DNA from: Felis catus
Lineage: Eukaryota
DNA: 64,000 nt
Assembly (NCBI RefSeq): GCF_018350175.1
Contig: NC_058368.1
Span: 18,912,001-18,976,000 of the forward strand
Direction: 5' to 3'
Made by a program: the position numbers and the translations under genes. Of this stretch, positions 10,771 to 24,711 are shown in pieces; within the stretch, counting starts at the first letter, position 1; each line of letters opens with the position of its first letter. The notes beneath the pieces were generated by a model that was given only the letters and a program-made list of their open reading frames with translations, ran no database searches and had not been told where the DNA came from.

Positions 10771-13282
10771 AGTTCTGTTTTTCCAACGGTTAGGTTAGAT
10801 TTTTAACATTCCATTGAGGAACTAAAGGGCCCTAACCCAGAAAGACAGTTAAGTCAATGAAACACAAATTTGAGAGCCAAGGTCTCGACCAAATCCATTC
10901 GGCTGATGTTAGGTTTATTAACAAGCAGCGTGGTCAGCATCCGAAGGAAAACTATGCCAGGTAATTGTTCTAAGCACAGTACTGTATAAACTCATTTCAT
11001 CTTCACAAAACCCTAGGTTGGGGGGGGGTGGGCAGGGAGTATTACTGTCTCACAGGTGAGGAAATGGCGGCACAGGGAGGTTGAGTCGCTGGCACAAGGT
11101 CACCTAGCTAGCAGGTGTGAGAGCTGGGATACTAACTGAGGCAGTCCAGAGAATCTTTGCTCTTCACCAGTAATCTAAGCGGCTTCCTTAATTAGGAATC
11201 TAATACTTCTTATCCTTCCTCACCAACCCAGCACACATCAGGTAGAAGTCAGAGGGGAAGTTAAAAGATCCGAATTCAAGCTCAGCCCCTTATCTCTCCA
11301 GGTAGCTTCCTTATCTGAATGATAGTGATATCCCTTTATGGGAAAGATAATGCCTACCTGCTGTGGGGGTCAGCTCAGACAATTAGATGAAGGTGCTTTG
11401 CAGGTGGGATTAGCCCCATGCATTGGAGGCGTGTTTACAGGGCCTGTGATTCCTTTTGAAAATATTTAGAGGGGTTCTCTGTTGAGTGGGAATCCATGGT
11501 GGTCTTAGTTCCATCAGGGGTTTATAGCCCCTATTGGTTGGTCTTACCTCTACAGTCCATGAGGGCTCAACCATGCCATCCACACAGGTCCACCTTTGCC
11601 TCCTGTAAACCATTTTGTGGGCAAGTAAGGATGGGAGGAAAAAGAGGTCCCTGCTCACCTTTTCCTAGCCCCTGGAGCCTTCTCTCTAGCCTCCCCTAGG
11701 CTTCTGCAAAGCCCTTAGAAACACCAGCTTTAGGAAAAGCAGAGTCTTTGGAGGAAAAACATAGGTGAGGGGGGCTCTGAGAGAAAAGGAAGCCTGGGGT
11801 GCCTGACTGGCTGTCAGTATAGCATGCAACTCTTGATCTCAGGGTTGTGAGTTCAAGCCCCACATTAGGTGAGGATTTGCTTAAAAATTAAAAATTTTTT
11901 TTAAGAAAAAGAAATGGAAGGCCAACCTATTGAACAAGGCAAGCACAAGACCAGATGTTATGGCAGCGCCTTGTGGGATCCTACTAAACCGGCCCGAAGC
12001 TCCTCCCTCCCACACCCAACTTCCCAGAGTGCATTCAGGCTCATTGCCCTCCATGGTCCAAGTGGCCGTGAGGCACTCTAAGGCCACCAGTCTTCCCCAG
12101 AGTGGGCCTGGGACGTGTGAGTGTTAGACCCAGTCCACCCAGGTTGTAAACACTGGCCCTCCAGGTGAACTTCTGTGGCTTCCTCTCAGGCCTCCCCCAG
12201 CTTGGACCTTATGGAATCGCACTCGGTAATGTGAGTTGTCAGGCAGTCACCCCCATCTCTGAGCCTTGGCCACAGCAACACTGTCCATTCCTCTGCCATA
12301 TGCCTGTTTGGGCTGAGGAGAACATTTACTTAATTCCCTTCCTACTCTTGATCTTAGCACAGGCCTCCTCGGGATGAGAAGAGAAAAACTCTTCGGAGAA
12401 CCCGCTTTTGACATCGACACTCCCTACAGATGGTTAAAGCAACCAGCTCGGTTATTGTAGCTACTCCCATGTCAGGATCTAAACCCCTCTCATCTCCTGT
12501 GAGGTTGAGGCTTAATTATCTTGCGGAGAGAGCTCTTAACATCTTGGCAGGCACAGAGCACCAAGCTTACCCCCACAGGAGACTAGCAAGGCTGGGACTC
12601 GTATTTTGTTTTTTTCAAGTTTATTTATTTATTTTGAGAAAGAAGGAAAGAAAACAGGAGCGGGGGAGGGGCAGGGAGAGAATCCCAAGCAGGCTCCTAG
12701 CTGTAGGCCCAGAGCCTGATGCTGGGCTCGAGCCCGTGATCTGTGAGATCATGACCTGAACTGAAATCAAGAGTCAGATGCTTAACCGACTGAGCCACCC
12801 AGGCACCCCAGGCTGGGCACCCTATTTGAGCTAAATCTTAACATATTCAGAGCCATAGGAGTTTTTTTCCTGTGCTGTTGGCTTCTTTCTATGCTACTAA
12901 AACTTGTAGAACAAAGGACAAAATGCCTCGGGCTGGGCTACATACAGCACACTTTCTCTAGCTGTGTGGCATGGCCAAAGGCAAATGCATGGGTTTGATG
13001 TTACCTCTGTTCTCACAGAAATACACACTGCAAGAAATTGAGCCCTCTACTTTTTTAAGATGTTCATTTACCTCATGGTGCTGGTCATCCCAGCCAGTAG
13101 TCAAGGCCCCCAGTAGTCCAGCCTTCCCAGGTAAATATGGCATGCAACACCCCAGAATGTCATCTGGCAATTCATCCTACACTCTTGCCACTCCTCAAGT
13201 GGACAGCTAGATGTTCCAGGCCCAAACTACCATCTATCTGAAAACGATTCCAATCTAGTATTTTTTAAAGTTACATATTCTA

Positions 13283-13500
13283 GGGGTGCCTGGGTGGCTC
13301 AGTCGGTTAAGCATCCGACTTCGGCTCAGGTCATGATCTCACGGTCCATGAGTTCGAGCCCCGTGTCGGGCTCTGTGCTGACAGCTCAGAGCCTGGAGCC
13401 TGTTTCAGATTCTGTGTCTCCCTCTCTCTCTGACCCTCCCCTATTCACGCTCTGTCTCTCTCTGTCTCAAAATAAATGTTAAAAAAAATAATTAAAAAAA
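13283..13500 (+). mobile_element. CanSINE with 16-bp TSD
   Basis: AAAGTTACATATTCTA at 13267-13282 and 13501-13516. Confidence 0.9.
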
Positions 13501-13887
13501 AAAGTTACATATTCTAGACCATCAAGAGGTGCCACTGACCACATGCAATGGAGTCTTGCCATTTGTTTCCATTTGGGGGATCCTCGTGCGTAATTGCCTA
13601 CAGTCATTGTGGGGCATCAGAGAGATAGCATCAAGTTTTATGTTCATGAGACAGTCACTAATACTGAACATACTAAACATAGTTATGCTGCTTTTTACAC
13701 AGAAAATGATTCTTTTCAAACTCAGTTACGGTTATTTGCTAGCTTTGATCTTCTACCTGAACGATGTTTCTCTCCCTTTCCAATGTCCTTCATTGTTTTC
13801 TGATGAATGAGAAGGGGCAAAGAAAAATTGCCAAAAAGTCCTTTTTTCACTTTGATAAAGTTTTAGTGATGTTTAAAAGCAGTGTTT

Positions 13888-13906
13888 TAGTGCCCCCTAC
13901 TGGTAT
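13888..13906 (-). promoter_or_regulatory. Candidate CTCF binding site
   Basis: The minus strand reads ATACCAGTAGGGGGCACTA, fully matching the core CCASYAGRKGGCRS, in apparently non-repetitive DNA. Confidence 0.65.
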
Positions 13907-14182
13907 GTAACATTAGTAGTCCATTGGCAAAAAAAAGTTTTGCAAAAAAAAAAAAAAAAAAAAACCTCAGAGAAAAGTTAAAAAAAAAAAAAAGTCTTTT
14001 ATCAGCCTTTTAGAAATTGTTTAATTTGGGGGCACCTGGGTGGCTCAGTCAGTTAAGCGTTGGACTCTTGGTTTCAGCTCAAGGCATGATCTCATGGTGC
14101 ATGGGTTTGAGTCCTGAATTGGGCTCTGCATTGACAGTGCTGAGCCTGCTTGGGATTCTCTCTCTCTCCGCCTCTCTCTGTG

Positions 14183-14222
<40 letters not shown>

Positions 14223-14869
14223 CAAATAACTTTAAAAATTTTTTTTAAGAAATTGTTTAATTTTTTCAAATTTATTTATTTATTTTGAGAGAGAGAGAGT
14301 GTGCATGAGTGGGGGAGGGGCAGAGAGAGAGGGAGAGAGAATCCCAAGAAGGCTCCGCGCTGACACAGGGCTCAATCCCATGAACTGTGAGAACATGACC
14401 TGAGCCAAAATCAGGAGTCAGTGCTTAACCAACTGAGTCACCCAGGCACCTCGAAATTTTTTAATGTTTTAGTAGGCTCCACACCCAATGTGATGCTTGA
14501 ACTCGTTACCCTGAGATAGAGTTGCACAGTCTGGCAGGCGCCTGGGTGGCTCAGTTGGTTAAGCATCTGACTTAGACTCAGGTCATGATCTCACGGTTTG
14601 TGATTTCAAGATCCTCGTTGGACTCTGTGCTGACGGCTCAGAGCCTGGAGCCTGCTTCGGATTCTGGGTCTCCCTCTCTCTCTGCCCCTCTCCCACTTGC
14701 ACTTTATTTATCTTGTTCAAAAATAAACATTTAAAAAAAAGCATTGCATACTCTATCAACTGAGCCAGTTAATTCTAAACGATTAGAAATTACTTAATTC
14801 CTTTTGAAGATTTTTCTAAAGTTATTTATTTATTTTAGAGAGAAGAGAGAGTGGGAGTGGGGGAGAGGG

Positions 14870-14918
<49 letters not shown>

Positions 14919-17089
14919 CTTAAGCAGGCTCCACACTCAGTGAAGAGCCCGATGTGGGGGCTCAATTGCATGACCCTGGGATCATGGCCTGAGCTGAAAT
15001 CAAGAGTCAGGTGCTCAACCCACTGAGCCACCCAGGTGCCTGAAATTGTTTAATTTTTAAAATATCTTAAGGGTAACAAATACTCCACAACTTTCATTAT
15101 TATTCATAATATAGGCATACTTTAACGTTAAGTGTCTTGAATTCTCCATTAATTTTTTTATTCAGTCTAATCTTTCGTTTTGGGGGGGAAACTATATCAG
15201 TTGCATTTTTGGAAACTGGGTCAATTTTACTTAATACATAAATATACTTATTAAGAGAAAATTTTCCTTAGATCTTCACAACCCTGAAGCATCTTTTTTT
15301 TATTAATCTAAAAATAGCATTGTTCTGCTTGAGGAAAAGGGAGGAAGTAGGCTTTGAGAATGAATCAATCTTTAAAGGAAATTTATGCCTCAGGTTTTCA
15401 TAAACAATGATGATCATGGAAGTATATTAATGAATAGCCATTATGATAAAACCCCAAATCCCTAGAAGGATAACAGACAAACACTCCATGACACATGAGA
15501 GACTGTGAATGAAAGGGAGAGGAACTGAGGCAAACAGGGTGGGTGGTAACTTGGAACTAGGATGACGATTAAATGGGGAGAAAGATTGGGGCTTCTGCGT
15601 GGTTCAGTCGGTTGAGCATCTGACTTCTGCTCAGGTCACGATCTCACAGCCTGTGAGTTTGAGCCCCGCGTCGGGCTCTGTGCTGACAGCTCAGAACCTG
15701 GAGCCTGCTTCGGATTCTGTGTCTCCCTCTCTCTCTCTGTCCCTCCCCCACTGGTGCTCTGTCTCTCTCTCTCTCAAAAATAAATAAATATTTTTTTTAA
15801 AAAATGGGAGAAAGATTTTTGTCCTTAATAAAGCAAGCCCTGCTATAGATAGTAAAATAATTTTGCAACATCAATTTGCACAGAGAAAGCATTTTTTTCT
15901 CATTGCGTTTGGGTAGAATGTACAGCCGACTGGGGCAAAAAGGACCCCCTATGGCCTACAGCTCTCTGTCCACTCTTAGCCAGAAGGAAGAGGAGAAAAC
16001 GTTAAGGCAGCGTCCAAGCGCCCCTCCACAGCCAAGTGGAGCCTGATCTGCAGCGATGGGGCCCAGGGGCCCATGGAGGGGAAAGACACTAATTTAGGGG
16101 TTTCCACTTTAGTTGTGGATAGGTGGGCCTGTTTTTGCAAAACCAGAGGGAAACTAGAGACAGATTCATGTCAAAAATATGCCAAGTGAAATCGTTTCAC
16201 TTATCACCTTGTGCCAGATTTGAAAGATTAGCCCTGACAGTGAAAAACACTCTCCGAGTATTATGTCTTCACAAGGAGCAAAGCTTCCCAGGAAATTTAA
16301 ATTGCCTAAAATACTCTCCTGTTACTTCCTCAAGGATTTGCTAAGCTGTTTTCAAATCCTCTAGACCTGATCTTCTCATGCTTTTTATCCTCATCCTAAT
16401 TTTAATTTTAAAATTCGTTGGAGGAGAGCCTTGGAGGTACGTTTGTCATATTCCTCTTATTTCTGTCACTTTTTTTCCACCTCTTGCTTTTAAAATCTGT
16501 TAAGTGAGAAGCGGACGTTTCACCGAGACATATACTTAAGGGTCCAAAACTGTGGAATGTCTCGATGTGTCTCGATTTCTGCCAAAGTCTTAATTCTAGG
16601 TATTCTGGCTTCAATGTTAATAATGACCATTATTAGTCATACTGTAGGGAGCAAGCTGCCTTAACTGACAGTTCTCCTGAAATCAAACCTACCCGTTATA
16701 ACTTCACAGGACTCAGACAACTTGGAAATCCACGCTTGACTCCAGGGTTTATATTTCTCATAAGGTCAGAAGCACATGACAAATTTGAGCTGTACATCTC
16801 AGCTCAAGCTCCAGGGGAGGGGAAGGGACAGGACGATTTTTTTCTTTTTTATAAGCAAGCCTATTAACATGCAGATCATTCTCATGAAGGAGTTCAACTT
16901 CATCTCCATTCCATAGTTTGACTGTAATACCTAGCTGGAAGAAAGGGTAAAAAATAGACCATCCCCCGCAAACACATTACGGCTTAATGCGGTCTTAAAT
17001 GTGCTTTAAAGGCATAACTCCTACAGGTCGGGAAAGTTGGAAACCCTGATGTAAAAAGCGGTTGTCCTAATTTTTTTTCTTCACTTTCT

Positions 17090-17210
17090 TCTTTTTTAAA
17101 TTAGAGTAGGGTCGACGCACAACGTTACATTAGATTTAGGCGTACGACGTAGTGACTCAACAGGTTTATGCATTTTGCTTTGCTCCCCACAAGTATAGCT
17201 ACCATCTGTC
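17090..17210 (-). mobile_element. L1 3' end fragment (L1MA/L1_Carn-like)
   Basis: Resembles the reverse-complemented L1 3' terminus (GTTACATTAG...TAGTGA...CACAAGTATAGCTACCATCTGTC). Confidence 0.6.
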
Positions 17211-18100
17211 CTGATTTTCTTTCTTTCTTTTTTTTTTTATTTTTTAAACGTTTATTCACGCTTTGACAGAGAGAGACAGAGTGTGAGTGGGGAGGGGCAA
17301 AGAGAGAGGGAGACACAGAATCTGAAGCAGGTTCCAGGCTCTGAGCTGACAGCACAGAGCCCGACGCCGGGCTTGAACCCACACACGGTGAGATCATGAC
17401 CTGAGCCAAAATTGGATGCTCAACTGAGCCACCCAGGTGCCCCTGCCCTGATTTTCTTTATGCTGAGTTCTACCATTAGCTTAGGAAAAACCTAGGATTA
17501 CATGATTGTTCAATAAGAAATTCACTGAAGCTTGCTTATGCACAATGTTTAAGGCTATAGTAGAGATATATGAATAAGGGCTAATATTTGGTTCGTGCTT
17601 CCTATGTGCCAGGTACTTTATTCGTCTTCTACAACATATCACAACCACCCTACAGGCTAGGAACAAGTTTTCCAATCACTATCAAATAAGCAAACTAAGG
17701 CACAGAGGTGGGAAATCATTTATACACAATGACGGAGCTTGTCATGGGGCTGGGCTTCCCGTGCTTGTGATCTAAGAGTCGTGTGCTGCATTGACACTGT
17801 CCGATGGGGCCAAGGGGGAGACGAGGGCCAGCTCTGTAGGGAGATCCTGGAAGGGAATCTCCGAGCAGCCACTGCTAAGCTGTGTCTTTTGGAAATGGTA
17901 AGGTGTTTCTCAATTAGAGAAGGAGGTCTGTGCTCCAGACATGGAATAGCACGTGGAAAAACAAAAATGTTTGCCATTTGGGGCACCTGGGGTGTCTCAG
18001 TCGGTTGGGTGTCCAACTCCTGATTTCTGCTCAGGTCATGGCCTCATGGTTCATGGGTTGGAGCCCCAGGTCAGTGCTGTCATCACAGAGACTGCTTGGG

Positions 18101-18140
<40 letters not shown>

Positions 18141-19052
18141 TCTCCGCCTCTCTCCTGCTCTCTCTCTTAAAATAAATAAATAAACTTTAAAAATGTTTGC
18201 CTTTTAATCAAAGCAAGGTTATGGAAGGCTTGGTGGGGGAGGTTGGGTGGGAGAACTATATTGAAGAGAAGCCTATCAACATCGTGTTTTTAAAAACGAG
18301 ATCACTCGAGAAAGTGTGTGATCTATTTTGGGTTCTTTTAGTTATGCACAGAGAAGCAAATTCATCCTCATTTTTCTAGAGGAGACAGGAATGTGATGCT
18401 TCAGGAAGAAATGCAAAGTGTTCTGCTATTATCTTCTTGTAGGACTATGCTCCAGTAAATTATGTTTCCATTAGGGGAACCCCTCTTACCTAAATCTGGA
18501 TTTAGCCCACTGGGTGCTTATAGATTATAAGATGATGTCACAGACTTGAATATGCTGAGCTGGTATTTGCAAAGGTGGTGAGGACTGAGAGAGATCAGAG
18601 GTTTGATCCTTTCACCACCTGTGCTGGATACAACACTGGGAAAGGAGGCTGGGCAGCCCAGCATACCTGGGGTTGGGCTGTCAGTGTCTCCTAAGTTGGG
18701 GAATCAAGAAAAAGGGCCTGATGGGCCTCTGGCTGGTTCTGTCTGTACAGCATGTGACTCTTCATCTTGGGGTTGCGAGTTCAACCCCCATGTTGGCGGT
18801 AGAGTTTACTTAAAAAAATAAATTAAAAATTAAAATTAAAAAAAAAAAAAAAAAGAGGGGCACCTGGGTGGCTCAGTCGGTTAAGCGTCTGACTCTTGAT
18901 TTTGGCTCAGGTCATGATCTCAAAGGTTGTGAGATTGAGCCCCGCCTGGGGCTCTGTGCTGACAATGTGGATCCTGTTCGGGATTCTCGACCTCTGCCCC
19001 TCCCTGCTCACACACTCTTTCTCTCTCTGAATAAATAAAGAAAGAAACATTA

Positions 19053-19053
19053 A

Positions 19054-19137
<84 letters not shown>

Positions 19138-19139
19138 AA
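19053..19139 (+). repeat. (GAAA)n tetranucleotide microsatellite in a SINE tail
   Basis: About 21 uninterrupted GAAA units. Confidence 0.95.
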
Positions 19140-19889
19140 TATGCTGCCACTGTATTTCCGCAGGGGAAATATAGGCATTTGGGGCAGTTCAACACGCTGG
19201 ACTGTCCTGTGTATTACAAGGTGTTTATTTAGCAGTGCTGCCACCCCCCCCCCACCGCCCCAGTAACACCACTATCCCCTGAGAGTCATGGTGACAACCA
19301 AAAATCAAAAACTATCCTCCTGACACACACATTCCCAAATATCCTCTGAGTGGGGTGCTACCATTTCACAGTGAGTTTAGATAGAATTTTAAGTTAATGT
19401 CCTGAAATGTCCATATATCACCTGCAGTAAAATAGAGAATTAACTGATTTTCAAAAAAAAAAAGGATACCACATCAGAACCGGAAATCATGATTCAGATT
19501 GCAATTAAACCACCCCCCCCCCCAAAATCCACCAATGTCCCCAAAATTCATATATGGATTCGGAGGAGTGTCAACTGTTCAAACTATATAGTACTTAGCA
19601 CAAAATAGGCACTCAATAAATACATACGGTACATACGTGTGGTATAATTGGAAGGATACATAATCTGATTGGGTTAAAATATATTGAGCTCTGATGAGTA
19701 TTGTTTTATAGCTAATTATTTGCATGCCTGTCTTCCACTCCAGAATGAAGCTATTGTAGTTAGGGATCATAATTTATTCACTTTTATCTCCCACAGTAGA
19801 CCTGTAAATAACAGGAAGTATCTTGAACATAGGAAAGGTCAATATCAATGGAAAGATAATAAGTAGTTGAATTAATTGGTAGTATTGCT

Positions 19890-20130
19890 AATTCGTTGCT
19901 CCCATGACTCCTGGCTGTATTTCAGAATCATCTGGGGAGAGGGAGTATTGTTAATACTCCAGATTCCCGAGCCTCACATCAGACCCTCTGAAATCAGAGT
20001 CTCTGGGGCTGAATCGGCAGCATTTGTATTTTTGTCAAATTCCCCAACTGGCTCCAATATGCCTGCCTTTTGGGGGGAAGGGGGATCTGCATTAAGCAAC
20101 ATCCCAGGTGATTCGCATAACCTATCAGGA
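19890..20130. mobile_element. MER5-like hAT-Charlie MITE remnant
   Basis: TCAGAATCATCTGGGGAG...CAGATTCC...GAAATCAGAGTCTCTGGGG...ATCTGCAT...CCCAGGTGATTC motifs. Confidence 0.55.
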
Positions 20131-21935
20131 TTACTAGTTTAAAGGAAGCACAGCTGCATCCAGTCCTCATGCTGGGCGCTGGTGCCCCCTTAAGGTTTTG
20201 AGGCTGGTTGTTATGCAGCATGTTATAGCAAGAACTAACCAATACTCCCTCAGAAAGTTATTGAAGGAGGCGCTTCAGCAAAAGATGAAGTAAACTAAGA
20301 AAGAGGAATATGTAAGCAATATAGGAAGAAATATAAGCAACATAGGAGAGAAGTGCCCTTAGGGAGGCATGAACAGAGATCCCAGGATAGCGGTATTCAC
20401 CACGTGCATTGCACAACCAGTCCAGAGCAGGTGAAGAGCTCCCAGGGAAGCCTCCCTCAGGAAGCTGAAATGGATAACACGAGAAACATCTCAATATCTT
20501 CAGAGGAGAGATCTAGACCTTAGGGAGTTTTCATTTAATTTCTCTGTTATTGGTACAGTACCTCTTACCAAAGCCTGGTATCTTCCTGCCCAAACCTTTT
20601 GTTTTACTTTCTCTGGAACACATCTCCGGAGGTAGGTGAGACAGGCACCTAGCTTCCAGTGTTTGTTGTTACTGTCTTTTTTTTTTTCAAGTGAACGCTA
20701 CCCCCAATGTGGGGCTCAAATTCATAAACCTAAGATCAAGAGTCACATACTCCACTGACTAAGCAAGCCAGCCAGGTGCCCCACCTGGCTTCTTAAACAG
20801 ATTTTCAACCAACCTTCCTTACTTTACCTGTTTCCTTCTACCCTCGCCTCCAGAGGAATCTGGTGCAATCAACCACCGATTGGGGGAAGTGGGTAGATTC
20901 TGTAGCATAAAAGAGGTTGGTCCCATTTTCCTGGTCTGCTAATACCTTATCACTCACCCATTGTCCATCCAGCCTCCAAAATGTTTTCATCTCTTCTTCC
21001 ATTCTGTCCAACTTTATGCACTTAGGCCTCTTTTTATTATTATTATTTTTAAAGTTGTTTATTTTTGAGAGGGAGAGAGGGAGAGAATGAGGAGGGGAGG
21101 GGCAGAGAGAGAGGGAGACAGAGAATCCAAAGCAGATTCTGGGCTCTGAGCTGTCAGCACAGAACCGATACGGGGCTCGGATTCACGAACCGTGAGATCA
21201 TGACCTGATCTGAAGTTGGATGCTTAACCGACTGAGCCACCCAGGAGCCCCTGGCCTCTTTTTTTTTTTTTTTAAAGAAAAAAAAAATCCTTTTACAGTC
21301 ATTTAGTGAGGTTTCAGGAAGGAAGGTAGATGGCATGTGTTCCGTCTGTTATCTTTAGACAGAAACCCCGGTATAGATTGCAAGTGTGATATATTTCAAA
21401 AGTTTTTGTTATGGAAAGCTTGAAATATATACAAAATACATATAATGTTAACAACCCATCGCCACATTACCTATCACCCGTTTCAACAACTACCAACTCA
21501 AAGTCTATCTTGTTTCAATCCACATCCCCACCTATTTGCCCCACCTCCTGGATTATTTTGAGGCAAATCCCAGGCATTATATCATTTCATCTGTAAATCA
21601 GTGATGGATTTGAAGTGTTTGCATAACTACCTCAAGTAATGAATTTCTGATTAGGGTACTTCAAATGCTAACTAATCCCTCCCCTAGAGAGTGGGTTCCT
21701 AATTAGGGTACTTCAATGTGCATAGCCTCTAGGGTGTAGATTAAAGTTAATTTATACACCCATACATCACACACTGTTAATACTAAAGTATTTTAAAATA
21801 AATCATTATACAGACAATTCGACGCAGTGAAACTCAGAGGTCTAGGAGAATTAATGTGTTTTGTTGGCCAACTAGACAAAACACGCAGAGCTGACAGGTG
21901 CATTTTACCCTTGGGAGAAGAAGAGAAGAGAAATA

Positions 21936-22646
21936 CAGTAAAACCTTGGGTTGCGTAAAATGTATGCAATAAAATGCATATATCTATTATAATTTATATA
22001 TATATAAATGTATGTATGTATATATATACACAAACATGGGTGTATGCATACATATATATATGCATACATGCACATATATGCATATGTGTATATATACACA
22101 TACATTTATTTATTTATTTATACATAAATTTATTGCATAAATGCATAGAGTTGGGTTGTGTAAATTGTGGGAATAAGGCTGTGGCAGTGCAAGTGATGAG
22201 TCTGTTTAACAACAGACAATGCGATTTCACATGTCCACGAAATCCTCAAGAGGAGGCAAAAGCAAGTGTGACTGGGTAGGTTCCTTGTTACAGTTGCACA
22301 AAAAGAAAAAGATTCCATTGAGCCAATAGATCGGAGTGATTCTGTTACTGATAGTGAAAGTCATCTACACAATAACCTTCCTCTCTCTCGTCTCCCTCAC
22401 ACCAGCCATGAAGGTTTTCAAAGGTAAGGGTGGGTTTAATTTATCTTTCTTTATATTTTGTATTTTCTTTATTATTTAGTATCATATTGCAGTAGTGTAA
22501 TCATTTTTATAGGAGTATTTTGGGGTTGTGAAATGAACATCTGAGTTTCCATTATTTCTATGGAGAGATTCGCGTTGATACACAAGTGCTTTGGATTACA
22601 AGCATGTTTCCCGAATGAATTATACTTGCAAACCAAGGTTTTACTG
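21936..22646. mobile_element. Tc1/mariner (Tigger-like) non-autonomous DNA transposon with internal (TA/CA)n tract
   Basis: Perfect 14-bp TIRs CAGTAAAACCTTGG (21936-21949) and CCAAGGTTTTACTG (22633-22646), each flanked by TA. Confidence 0.85.
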
Positions 22647-23242
22647 TATTAGGAAAAAGAGGTAATTGACAGAGAAAGATGGAGAACTTGAGATAATGTT
22701 GGGCACGCCACAAGAAATAAAGACAATCGTTACTACAGGATTAGGGCTCAGAGAGGGTCAGCCTGGATATTTATATTTAATAATTGTTCTTATGGAAGTA
22801 AGAATTGAAAACCTTAGAGCAAGGGATTTGTCCAACTAAAGACAGCAGAAAGAGACCAGAATGTACCGAGTTGGGGGATGGGGAGAGTAAAAGTGGTACC
22901 TATTTGACAGGAAGGGAGTTGGGTTATGATACTTGCAATTTCCATTACGATCCTTTATCATGGAGAGTGTAGTATAAATTTTGTATAAGCTATGCCCTCA
23001 GAGTAGGGTTTTTTTTTTTTCTAAAAATTTTTTTTTAACATTTATTTTATTTTTGAGACAGGGGGAGACAGCATGAATGGGGGAGGGTCAGAGAGAGAGG
23101 GAGACACAGAATCTGAAACAGGCTGCAGGCTCTGAGCTGTCAGCCCAGAGCCCGACGCGGGGCTCGAACTCACGGACCGCGAGATCGTGACCTGAGCCGA
23201 AGTCGGACGCTTAACCGACTGAGCCACCCAGGCGCCCCCCTT

Positions 23243-23985
23243 AGAGTAGGGCTCTTAACCACTTCTACCATGGACCTTTTCTTTAGACTTCCTCTCAGAA
23301 TAATGTTTTAAAATGCATACACTAAAATATATAGGATTATAAAAGAGCTAATTATGTGGAAATATAGTTATCAAAATATTTTTGAAATGCAATATAATAA
23401 TAAGAGTTCTTACTTTATTGACACATTAAATAATAAGATCTAGTGGCAGGTCTAATAATTACTGTAATTTTCAAATAGTAATGAGCATAAATTATATTTT
23501 GAGATATCTGCAACAACATTCTAATGGGATGTGAAAATAGCTGTGACTTCTGTGGGTGGCAAAGTCATAGTACTACTATTAAGCCTATGTTGGGGGGCAC
23601 CTGGCTGGCTCAGTCAGTTAAATGTCTGACTACAGCTCAGGTCATGATCTCGTGGTTCATGAGTTCAAGCCCCACATCAGGCTCCGGGCCGTGGAGCCTG
23701 CTTCGGATTCTGTGTCTCCCTCTCTCTCTCTCTCTCTCTGCCCCTCCTCTGCTCTTTCTCTCTTTCTCTCTCAGAAAATGAATAAAACACTAAAAGTTTT
23801 TTTAAAAACAGACTGTGTTGGGATGTACACATTAATAAATGAAGGGGAAATGCTAATTTTCTGTTAGAGGAAGTGGAAATAAGGATATTTTTTCCTCTCT
23901 AAGTTCACAGACACTCCCCCACCCTCAACTCTTTCGCAGACACACCTCCTCTCTTAAAAAGACCCTGACCTCAGGTTGAGACCCT
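23243..23985. mobile_element. MER119-like hAT-Charlie element interrupted by a CanSINE
   Basis: AAGATCTAGTGGCAGGTCTAATAA...TTTTGAGATATCTGCAACAAC...AAGTTCACAGAC blocks match the recalled MER119 consensus. Confidence 0.65.
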
Positions 23986-24011
23986 ACATTCCAACGATAG
24001 ACAGTTGAATA

Positions 24012-24711
24012 TAGCTGAGCCTTGAACAACTTGGGGGTTAGGGGCACCAACCTGGTATATGTATATGAAAATCCACATATAACTTTTGACTTCCTCAAAC
24101 TTAGGGGCACCTGGGTGGGTTAAGTGTCAGACTCTTGATTTCAGCTCAGGTCACGATCTTACGGTGTGTGAGTTCGAGCCCTACATCGAGCTCTGTGCTG
24201 ACAGCACGGACCCTGCTTGGGGTTCTCTCTCTCTCCTTCTCTCTCTGCCCCTCCCTGGCTCTCTCTGTCTGTCTCTCTCAAAATGAATAAATAAACATTG
24301 GAAATATTTTTTAAAAACATACTAATTGCCCACTGCTGAGCCAAGCCTCACTGATAACGTAAACAGTTGATTAACACATATTTTGTATGTTATCTATATA
24401 GTACATGTTCTTACAATGAATTAAGCTAGAGAAAGGAAAATGTGATTAAGAAAATCATAAGGAAGGAAAAAGGGGGAGGCACCTGGCTGGCCCACTGAGT
24501 GGAGCAGGGGACACTTGACCTCAGGGTTGTGAGCTCAAGCTTCACGTTGGTCAGAAAGCTTACCAAAAAAAGAAAAAAAAAAAAAAGATGAAACGAAAAG
24601 ACACTCATAAGGAGGAGAAAATACATTTACAAAAGTGTACTACATTTATTGAAAAATCCCACGTAGAAGTGGACCCCGCAGTTCAAACCTGTGTTGTTTA
24701 AAGGTCAAATG
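24012..24711. mobile_element. Tigger2a-like DNA transposon interrupted by two CanSINEs
   Basis: Degenerate TIRs TAGCTGAGCCTTGAACAAC and GTTGTTTAAAGGTCAAATG, both flanked by TA; internal AAGCTAGAGAAAGGAAAATGTGATTAAGAAAATCATAAGG. Confidence 0.75.
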
